DNA from: Abditibacteriaceae bacterium
GTDB lineage: Bacteria > Armatimonadota > Abditibacteriia > Abditibacteriales > Abditibacteriaceae
Assembly: GCA_031372065.1 (NCBI GenBank)
Contig: JANMKN010000248.1
Location: forward strand, 1-14,131
Length of the DNA stretch: 14,131 nucleotides
Direction of reading: 5' to 3'
Positions 7,124-14,131 of the stretch are shown piece after piece. The notes beneath the pieces are model-generated. The model was given only the letters and a program-made list of their open reading frames with translations. It ran no database searches and was not told where the DNA came from. The stretch's first letter is position 1. Each line of letters begins with the position of its first letter. The position numbers were made by a program, and so were the translations under genes.

Positions 7124-8032
7124 ATGCCAACCTACGATTTGCATGAGTTTTACGAAGGCCTCGTCGCGCATGGCCTGATTATTCCCACCGGCGTGCAAGG
7201 TGCCTTCGGGCGCGGCGCGGTTTTTGAAGACGTTCTTGAACAATTAGACCGCGCCATTTTGCGAATTTCGGCCAACGATGGCGCCGAAGTTGTGAACTTC
7301 CCGCCGGTGATTGACCGCACCATCATTGAGCGCACCGGCTACTTTGAATCGTTTCCGCACTTGGCGGGCACTGTCCACAGCTTTTGCGGCCACGAACGCG
7401 AATCGCGCAACCTCGCTGAACGTGCCAAATCTGGCGAGCCTTACGCCGAGATGTTGGACATCACCGATGTGGCGCTCTCGCCCGCCGCATGCTATCCGGT
7501 TTATCCGACCAACAAAGGGATTTTGCCTGTAGGCGGGCGCTTAGTGACGCTGATTTCATGGGTTTATCGCCACGAGCCATCCGAAGAACCAACGCGAATG
7601 CAATCGTTTCGCGTGCGCGAATATGTGCGTTTGGGAATGCCTGACGAAGTGCTGAAATGGCGCGATATGTGGCTGCAACGCGGCGTGGATTTTCTGCTTT
7701 CGCTGGAATTGCCCGCGACGCCGAGCGTCGCCGCCGACCCGTTTTTTGGACGCGCCGGAAAAATGTTGGCCGCCGGACAACTCGAACAAAAACTCAAATT
7801 TGAGGTGACAATTCCTGTGATTTCGGAAGAAGAGCCAACAGCGGTTTGCTCGTTCAATTATCATCTGGAAAAGTTCGCTTCCACCTTCGGAATTCAAACC
7901 AGCGACGGCGAAGTGGCGCATACAGCTTGCCTTGGTTTCGGTATGGAGCGCGTCGTGATGGCGCTTTTCAAAACGCATGGCTTCGAGCCGAAAAACTGGC
8001 CGCCAAGTGTGCGCGAAAGGCTGTGGTCGTGA
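7124..8032 (+). CDS. Amino acid:[carrier protein] ligase (class II aaRS / atypical SerRS catalytic-domain homolog)
   Basis: 302 aa with no tRNA-binding domain. GYFESFPHL, SPAACYPVYP, motif 2 YRHEPS...RMQSFRVRE, ADPFFGR, SFNYH, motif 3 HTACLGFGMER. Candidate Zn ligands C123, E166, C269. A carrier protein is in the same operon. Confidence 0.93.
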   Translation: MPTYDLHEFYEGLVAHGLIIPTGVQGAFGRGAVFEDVLEQLDRAILRISANDGAEVVNFPPVIDRTIIERTGYFESFPHLAGTVHSFCGHERESRNLAERAKSGEPYAEMLDITDVALSPAACYPVYPTNKGILPVGGRLVTLISWVYRHEPSEEPTRMQSFRVREYVRLGMPDEVLKWRDMWLQRGVDFLLSLELPATPSVAADPFFGRAGKMLAAGQLEQKLKFEVTIPVISEEEPTAVCSFNYHLEKFASTFGIQTSDGEVAHTACLGFGMERVVMALFKTHGFEPKNWPPSVRERLWS

Positions 8033-9027
8033 AGGGCGCACACGATTTGACCGCGCCAATCAGCGCGTTGCCCAGCTTCTTTGCGGCGAACTATCAGCCG
8101 CATCGTTTGCACGCCGAAGAATGTCTATGGGTCGAAAAAAACTGTTACATTGACATCTGGATTGAGCTTTTGCACGCTCTCGGCTGCGAACCTTTGGCTG
8201 CGATGGGCTTCACAGCGGCAATTGATTTCGAGGGCGACAATTGGACCTTTTTCAAGCCGCCGCACGAAGATTTAAAAATGCTTTTTGGCGTGGACGTGCA
8301 GGAACTCAATGTGTGGCGCCCGCTGATTGACCACGCTGCCGAATATCTCGCGGCAGGCAAATTTATCAGCACCGAAGCTAATTCGTTTTGGCTGCCCGAC
8401 ACCGTCGGCACAGATTATCGCACTAATCACGTCAAAACCACGATTGTGCTGGTCGAATTGGACGTAAAACAGCGGCGCCTCGGCTATTTTCACAATGCCG
8501 GTTTTCACTATTTGGATGGCGAAGATTTCGCGCAAACTTTCGCGCTGGATCGGTCCGCCGATTCGAGTTCTCTGCCACTTTTTGCCGAAATCGTGCGCTC
8601 TGATCGTTTGACACGCCATGCGCCGGACGACCTGAAAAAAGTCGCTTTAAATCTGCTGCGCAAACACGTTGCTCGTCGTCCGTTGGACAATCCGGTTCGG
8701 CGTTTTCAAGCGCGTTTTGAAAGCGATTTGCCTTGGTTGCAAGAACAAGGTTTGGCGACTTATCATGCGTGGGCGTTCGCGACTTTGCGGCAATTGGGCG
8801 CCGCGTCGGAATTGCTGTCGCATCATTTGAGTTGGCTTGATGAACAAAAATTCGCGGCGGCAGCAAACGATTTTGCAATGATCAGCGCCATCGCGAAAAC
8901 CTTTATTCTCAAAGCGGCGCGGGCCGTAAATTCCAAAAAACCGCTGGATTCCTCGCCGCTTTTCGACGAAATGAGCGCCGCGTGGCAAAACGGCATGGAC
9001 AATTTAGAAAAGGCACTCGATTCGTGA
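8029..9027 (+). CDS. DUF1839-family protein
   Basis: GTGA overlap with the ligase stop. Family-typical WVEKNCYIDIWIELLH, DFEGDNWTFFKPP, SFWLPDTVGTDY, HVKTT, YFHNAG, AFATLRQLGA. The ORF-track start at 7846 overlaps the ligase by about 190 nt and is unlikely. Confidence 0.85.
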   Translation: MKGAHDLTAPISALPSFFAANYQPHRLHAEECLWVEKNCYIDIWIELLHALGCEPLAAMGFTAAIDFEGDNWTFFKPPHEDLKMLFGVDVQELNVWRPLIDHAAEYLAAGKFISTEANSFWLPDTVGTDYRTNHVKTTIVLVELDVKQRRLGYFHNAGFHYLDGEDFAQTFALDRSADSSSLPLFAEIVRSDRLTRHAPDDLKKVALNLLRKHVARRPLDNPVRRFQARFESDLPWLQEQGLATYHAWAFATLRQLGAASELLSHHLSWLDEQKFAAAANDFAMISAIAKTFILKAARAVNSKKPLDSSPLFDEMSAAWQNGMDNLEKALDS

Positions 9028-9398
9028 ACGGTTTGCGCGTCGGCATTGACTTGGTGCAAATCAGCCGCATCGCGCAGTCGCGCGAGCAGTTCGGCGAGCG
9101 TTTTTTACGGCGCGTTTTCACCGAGCATGAAATTGAATACGCGCTTTCTTCGCCGCCTCACACCGATTCGCGCTTGGCGGCGCGCTTCGCGGCCAAAGAA
9201 GCGACGATTAAAGCGTTGCGCGTGGATGGCGAGGGCGTCAATTTTAAGAATATCGAAGTGCGCCGCGAATCATCTGGCGCTTGCACTTTGGTTTTGCACG
9301 AAGAAGTCGCACGATTGGCTGAAGGCATCGGCGAATTTGCTCTCAGCATGAGTCACGAAGGCGATTATGCGACGGCGGTAGTCGTTGCGTTGTCATAA
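9024..9398 (+). CDS. acpS: Holo-[acyl-carrier-protein] synthase (4'-phosphopantetheinyl transferase, AcpS type)
   Basis: GTGA overlap with the DUF1839 stop; motifs VGIDLV, FLRRVFTEHE, AARFAAKEA, LSMSHE; 124 aa. Confidence 0.93.
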   Translation: MNGLRVGIDLVQISRIAQSREQFGERFLRRVFTEHEIEYALSSPPHTDSRLAARFAAKEATIKALRVDGEGVNFKNIEVRRESSGACTLVLHEEVARLAEGIGEFALSMSHEGDYATAVVVALS

Positions 9399-9451
9399 AA
9401 AGGCAAATAGATTGCTTCTTCATCAGCACGAAATTCGTGAGGAGAAAAATC

Positions 9452-9703
9452 ATGTCTGAACAAAACACCAACACCGCCATTCGCCGCATTTTAGGAGCGC
9501 ATGGGCGCCTCGCCCGCGATGTAAACGACCTGACCGAGGAAGCCGATCTTTATCAGGCCGGCATGACCTCGCACGCCAGTGTCAACGTAATGTTGGCTCT
9601 CGAAGGCGAATTCGACGTGGAATTCCCCGATCATATGCTCAAACGCAGCGTTTTCGGCAGTATTGCCGCGATCCGCAGCGCCATTTGTGAGCTGGCTCTC
9701 TGA
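9452..9703 (+). CDS. Aminoacyl/acyl carrier protein
   Basis: RBS GAGGAG (9439-9444), 7 nt before ATG 9452; 83 aa; DLYQAGMTSHASVNVMLALEGEFDVEFPD, with the phosphopantetheine-attachment Ser in GMTS. Confidence 0.93.
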   Translation: MSEQNTNTAIRRILGAHGRLARDVNDLTEEADLYQAGMTSHASVNVMLALEGEFDVEFPDHMLKRSVFGSIAAIRSAICELAL

Positions 9704-9705
9704 TT

Positions 9706-12198
9706 ATGAATGGTCGCGTTCGCAGCATCAGCGGTCAACAAATTACGCATTTGACGGCGGAGTGGGAGATGACTCTCACTCCGCCGTTTGCCGTCTCCGC
9801 GCCTGAGGCGTTTGGCGATAATTTATCTTGGATTCCGGCCACGGTGCCTTCAACAGCCGCCTCGGTTTTGCGCGAGGCCAGCTTATGGAGTTTGGACGGA
9901 GCGCCGCGACTCTTCGATGCCGAAGATGTGTGGTATCACACCAAATTTACAATTGGAACCAGCAGTGAAAATTTATTTTTATGCTGCGCTGGCCTTGCGA
10001 CAATCGCCGAAGTTTGGCTCAATGGCGAACACATTTTATCGAGCCAAAATATGTTCGTGGCGCACGAAATTCCGCTGCAAAATTTCAGCGGCGAAGTAGA
10101 TTTAACGATTTGTTTTCGCGCCTTGGACGAACACTTAAAACAACGTCGTCCGCGCCCGCGTTGGCGGGCGCCAATGATCGAAAACCAGCAGCTTCGCTGG
10201 GTTCGCAGCACGTTTTTGGGACGAACGCCGGGTTGGTCGCCGCCCGCCGCGCCGGTTGGCCCCTGGCGCTCTGTTTATTTTGAAAAACGTGGCACATTTC
10301 ATATTGATGATGTGAAGTGGAAAACGCGACTTGAAGGCGAAATTGGCCTTATTGAAATCGGAGCGCACATTGTCGGCGCTGACAATGCCAAAATCCTTCT
10401 CGAACGTAAGGGAAAAACATGGCAGGCGCCTTTGACTATTGAAAATGGCCGAGTGATGGGCATTTTGCGAATCGAAAACGTTGAAAAATGGTGGCCGCAC
10501 ACGCATGGCGAACCGGTGCTTTATGCGGCGCGGCTTTGCGCTGATAATTACGAGGCTGATTTAGGCCATATCGGTTTTCGCAGCGTGGAACTGAACACTG
10601 AAAATGGCGATTTCGCCTTATCCATCAACGGCACGCCGATTTTCTGTCGCGGCGCCTGCTGGACGCCGCTGGATATTGTTTCGTTGCATTCAGCGCCCGA
10701 AACCATCGAAAATGCTGTCGTGCAGGCACGCGATGCAGGCCTGAATATGCTGCGCGTTTCCGGCACAATGACCGATGAAAGCGATGCGTTTTACGATGCG
10801 TGCGACAAGCATGGCCTCTTGATATGGCACGACTTTTTGTTCGCCAATTTGGATTATCCCGACGAGGAAAATTTCAACGAAAGTGTCAGAACCGAAGCGC
10901 GCCAATTGCTGGCGCGTTTGGCCGCACGCCCTGCATTAGCCGTGCTATGCGGCAACAGCGAAGTCGAACAGCAAGCCGCGATGTGGGGCGCCGCGCGCGA
11001 TTTGTGGCAGCCGCGCTTGTTTCACAAAATTTTGCCCGAATTAGCGCGTGAATTCTGTCCTGACGTGCCGTATTGGCCTTCGTCGGCGCATGGCGGCGCG
11101 TTTCCGCATCAGGCCAATTGTGGCACGACTTCGTATTATGGCGTCGGCGCCTATTTGCGGCCTCTCGATGACGCGCGCCGCGCCGAAGTGCGCTTTGCGA
11201 CGGAATGTTTGGCCTTTGCGAACGTGCCCGATGAATCGAATTTAAAAGCGATGCCCGGCGGCCTTGCCAATCGTGCCCATCATCCACATTGGAAAACGCG
11301 TGTGCCGCGCGATTTGGGCGCCGGTTGGGATTTCGACGATGTGCGCGACCATTATTTGAAAGAGATTTTCGGGCTTGATGCGGTTCAATTGCGTTCCACT
11401 GATCATGCCCGCTATTTGGAACTAAGCCGCGTGGTGACGGGCGAAGTGATGGCGGCGACTTTTGGCGAATGGCGTCGCGCGGCTTCGCCGGCCAACGGCG
11501 CGCTGATTTTGTTTTTGCGCGATTTGTGGCCCGGTGCCGGCTGGGGAATTGTAGATTCGCAAGGCCATGCCAAAGCCGTATGGCATTATTTGCGGCGCGC
11601 TTTGGCGCCACTTGCCGTTTCCATCAGCGACGAAGGTCAAAGTGGCTTGCATTTGCATCTCATCAACGAGAGGGCTGAAGAATTTACCGGGAACGTTGCA
11701 ATTGAGTTCTACCGTGACGGCAAAATCCCTGTCGGTATGGAACGTTACGGATTCATATTGGCGCCACGAGAAAACCTTGAGCTAAATGCGGGCGAATTGT
11801 TCAGTCACTTCATAGACTCCAGTTATGCTTATCGTTTCGGGCCACCGTCGCACGATTTGGTTGTTGCCACTTTGCATGACAGCGATGGCGAATTTCGTTC
11901 GCAGTCGTTGTTGTTTACGATTGGCCTGCCTTCTGTCCAAAAACGCGATTTGGATTTAAGGGCACGGGCGCGAACTGTTGATGAAAAAACTTGGATTCTA
12001 CGCGTTACAAGCAATGGTTTCGCGCAATCGGTATTTGTCGATGTCGCTGGTTTTGAAACCAGCGATAATTATTTCCACGTTGCGCCCGGCGGCGAACGCG
12101 AAATCGTTTTGCGACGCACAACGTCGGGCGAAAACGCGCCATCAGGCACATTACAAGCGTTGAATTCTGAAAACGCCACGACGATTGTATTAGCATGA
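9706..12198 (+). CDS. Glycoside hydrolase family 2 (beta-mannosidase-like) protein with no signal peptide
   Basis: GLATIAEVWLNG, WWPHTHGEPVLY, GHIGFR, INGTPIFCRGA, GLNMLRV, FYDACDKHGLLIWHDFLFA, LCGNSE (acid/base candidate E419), YWPSS, RFATE (nucleophile candidate E500), WGIVD, SDNYFHVAPG. Confidence 0.92.
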   Translation: MNGRVRSISGQQITHLTAEWEMTLTPPFAVSAPEAFGDNLSWIPATVPSTAASVLREASLWSLDGAPRLFDAEDVWYHTKFTIGTSSENLFLCCAGLATIAEVWLNGEHILSSQNMFVAHEIPLQNFSGEVDLTICFRALDEHLKQRRPRPRWRAPMIENQQLRWVRSTFLGRTPGWSPPAAPVGPWRSVYFEKRGTFHIDDVKWKTRLEGEIGLIEIGAHIVGADNAKILLERKGKTWQAPLTIENGRVMGILRIENVEKWWPHTHGEPVLYAARLCADNYEADLGHIGFRSVELNTENGDFALSINGTPIFCRGACWTPLDIVSLHSAPETIENAVVQARDAGLNMLRVSGTMTDESDAFYDACDKHGLLIWHDFLFANLDYPDEENFNESVRTEARQLLARLAARPALAVLCGNSEVEQQAAMWGAARDLWQPRLFHKILPELAREFCPDVPYWPSSAHGGAFPHQANCGTTSYYGVGAYLRPLDDARRAEVRFATECLAFANVPDESNLKAMPGGLANRAHHPHWKTRVPRDLGAGWDFDDVRDHYLKEIFGLDAVQLRSTDHARYLELSRVVTGEVMAATFGEWRRAASPANGALILFLRDLWPGAGWGIVDSQGHAKAVWHYLRRALAPLAVSISDEGQSGLHLHLINERAEEFTGNVAIEFYRDGKIPVGMERYGFILAPRENLELNAGELFSHFIDSSYAYRFGPPSHDLVVATLHDSDGEFRSQSLLFTIGLPSVQKRDLDLRARARTVDEKTWILRVTSNGFAQSVFVDVAGFETSDNYFHVAPGGEREIVLRRTTSGENAPSGTLQALNSENATTIVLA

Positions 12199-13940
12199 AC
12201 TCTCCACGCGCCCAGCCGCTTTATTTTGGCCCTGAATCGCGCCCGCTTTTTGGCTGGCTGCATCGCGCGGCCACCGAAAATAATCTCGGCCTTGTGATAT
12301 GCAATCCGTTCGGTCACGAAGCACAAAGTTGTCATCGTAGCCTGCGTCACTGGGCGCAAAGTGCCGCCGCAACGGGCATTCCAGCGTTGCGTTTCGATTT
12401 CGATGGCACGGGCGACTCGTGCGGCAGCGATACAGACCAAGATCGCCTCGCGGCGTGGATTGGCAGCGTTCAGAGTGCCGTCGCAACTTTGAAACAGACA
12501 ACTGGCGTGCATCGCGTGGCGCTTTTGGGCGTGCGATTGGGCGCGTTGTTGGCGACTTTAGCGGCGTCCGAAAATCCAGAAGTATGCGCGTTGGCTTTGG
12601 TCGCGCCCGTTATCAGCGGCAAAGCATGGCTGCGCGAAATGCGCGCTTTGCACAGCGCGTTAGCTTTATCCGAAACGCCCGCCGACGCCGAACCTTTGCC
12701 CGATGGCGCCCGCGAAGCGTTGGGCTTTTTTCTCTCGGCGCAAACGCAGCAATCGCTGACAGAAATTGATCTGTCCAAAATCGAAAAAGCGCCCGCTGCG
12801 CGCGTTTTATGGCTTGACCGCGATGATTTGCCCAACGGCGAAAAGGTGAGGGCGCATTTTGAGGCATTGGGCGCCGAAGTTGACCACCAAACCTTGCCCG
12901 GCTATGCCGATATGATGCGCGATCCGCATGAATCGCAAGTGCCGCAAACGATGATTGCGGCGACGACAGATTGGCTGTGTTCAATGGCTGCTAAAAATGC
13001 CTCGTCGCCCATTTCCGCCCCAATAAAAACGAGTGCTTTGGTCAGCGACAAAGTGCAAGAACACGCGGTTTTTTTAGACGACGAGCGCCAATTATTTGGC
13101 ATCGTCAGCGCGCCGCGCGAAAAGAACATTGGGCAAGCGCACAAAGCGATTTTGCTGATTAATTCCGGCGCGAATCATCGCACCGGGCCGAACAATCTTT
13201 ATGTGAAATTAGCGCGCCATTTCGCCCGGCGCGGTCATTTGGTTTTGCGCATGGACATCGCGGGCCTCGGCGATAGCTTGCCGCACAAAAACGAAGACGA
13301 ACACATTGTTTACACGCCGCACGCGACAAACGATGTGCAAACGGCGCTGAAATACCTGCGCGACAAATGGAATGTCACCGAATGCCACGCGGCGGGACTG
13401 TGTTCGGGTGGTTATCATGCCTTCAAAGCGGCATTGGCAGGCGCGCCGCTGAACGGCGTGATTTTGATTAATCCGCTGACATTCAACTGGAAAGTCGGCG
13501 ATTCTTTGTATGGGCCGAACAGTCAGGTCATCGCCGAAGCCGAGCGCTATAAGCAATCCATGATGCAGGCCGACAAATGGAAAAATTTACTAAGAGGAAA
13601 AACCAGTGCGAAAGTCGTGGCGCAATTTGTGGGACGCCGCGTTGCTGATGTTGCCGGGCGGCGTGCCCTAAATGCCGCACAACGCTTCGGTTATCGTCGC
13701 CGCGATGATTTAGGCGCGGCCCTGGAAACTCTGGCGCGGCGCGGCGTTGCCTTGCAATTCCTATTTTCTGAAGACGATCCCGGTTTTGCCCTCTTGCACG
13801 AACAAGGCGGAGCGGCGGTGTCGCGTCTGGAAAAAGCTGGTTTCCTCACGATTCAACGCCTCGCCGGGCCAGATCATACCTTTACGCCGCTGTGGTCGCA
13901 TCCGCACCTCATAGCGGCAGTTGAGAAAACTTTCGAGTGA
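12195..13940 (+). CDS. Tandem alpha/beta-hydrolase-fold fusion protein (resembles exosortase-A-associated hydrolase 2 + hydrolase 1)
   Basis: ATGA overlap with the GH2 stop. Domain 1: PFGHE, LRFDFDGTGDS, LGVRLGA. Domain 2: LRMDIAGLGDS, AGLCSGG, FSEDD, GPDHTF. Confidence 0.9.
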   Translation: MNSPRAQPLYFGPESRPLFGWLHRAATENNLGLVICNPFGHEAQSCHRSLRHWAQSAAATGIPALRFDFDGTGDSCGSDTDQDRLAAWIGSVQSAVATLKQTTGVHRVALLGVRLGALLATLAASENPEVCALALVAPVISGKAWLREMRALHSALALSETPADAEPLPDGAREALGFFLSAQTQQSLTEIDLSKIEKAPAARVLWLDRDDLPNGEKVRAHFEALGAEVDHQTLPGYADMMRDPHESQVPQTMIAATTDWLCSMAAKNASSPISAPIKTSALVSDKVQEHAVFLDDERQLFGIVSAPREKNIGQAHKAILLINSGANHRTGPNNLYVKLARHFARRGHLVLRMDIAGLGDSLPHKNEDEHIVYTPHATNDVQTALKYLRDKWNVTECHAAGLCSGGYHAFKAALAGAPLNGVILINPLTFNWKVGDSLYGPNSQVIAEAERYKQSMMQADKWKNLLRGKTSAKVVAQFVGRRVADVAGRRALNAAQRFGYRRRDDLGAALETLARRGVALQFLFSEDDPGFALLHEQGGAAVSRLEKAGFLTIQRLAGPDHTFTPLWSHPHLIAAVEKTFE

Positions 13941-14034
13941 TTCTTCAATCGGAAAGCGGCGGGTGATTATTGGGGTCGCATAAAACAAATTACGTCTTTG
14001 TAGTTCAAAGCTTGAAAACCTCGCAGGTCGCGCC

Positions 14035-14131
14035 ATGAGAATTCCCCTAGTCCCTTCCACCTTTTTTAGCATCGCTCTTCTGGTTGCCATGCAATTTGCT
14101 GCGACTGCGTGCAGTTGCACGGGTCCCTTGC
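14035..14131 (+). CDS. N-terminus of a secreted protein with a CSC motif after the signal peptide (partial)
   Basis: Hand translation MRIPLVPSTFFSIALLVAMQFAATACSCTGPL...: basic N-terminus, hydrophobic core, A-T-A cleavage site, then CSCxxP. The frame is open to the window end. Confidence 0.65.
   Translation, partial: MRIPLVPSTFFSIALLVAMQFAATACSCTGPL

Noticed and set aside
7124..8032. Housekeeping seryl-tRNA synthetase (serS)
   Set aside because: Too short, lacks the tRNA-binding domain, carries aa:CP ligase motifs and sits with a carrier protein and AcpS.
14035..14120. Lipoprotein signal (Cys after the hydrophobic stretch)
   Set aside because: A-T-A-C lacks the usual L/V/I at -3 of a lipobox. 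A signal peptidase I site before CSC fits better, though a lipoprotein is not strictly excluded.
13761..14120. 119-aa minus-strand ORF at the right end
   Set aside because: It overlaps the hydrolase C-terminus and the better-supported signal-peptide ORF on the + strand, and has no recognisable features.
1..14131. CRISPR arrays, tRNA/rRNA genes, tandem repeats, prophage or defence genes
   Set aside because: No regularly spaced repeats, cloverleaf or rRNA signatures, or phage/defence motifs were seen on reading. A computational scan would be needed to exclude weak cases.

Overview
Bacterial genomic window with all convincing genes on the + strand. It opens at the right end of a probable IS4-family (IS231-like) element (1-123), followed by an ECF sigma factor and a zinc-finger (HxxxCxxC) anti-sigma/DUF4349 membrane protein (174-2110). 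Next is a small transcription unit the ORF track misses (sigma70 promoter, 5' hairpin, 13-aa and 54-aa ORFs, intrinsic terminator; 2134-2504), then a PAS-GGDEF-EAL protein and a REC-HisKA-HATPase hybrid kinase (2769-5835). The main object is a tightly coupled seven-gene operon (about 5927-13940): a non-canonical acyl-CoA dehydrogenase, a SerRS-like amino acid:[carrier protein] ligase, DUF1839, a dedicated AcpS, a carrier protein, a cytoplasmic GH2 glycosidase-like protein and a tandem alpha/beta-hydrolase fusion. It looks like a tRNA-independent, NRPS-free aminoacyl-carrier pathway, possibly decorating a glycan. I do not know its product. The window ends in the signal peptide of a secreted CSC-motif protein. 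All family calls come from motif recognition by eye; no searches were run.
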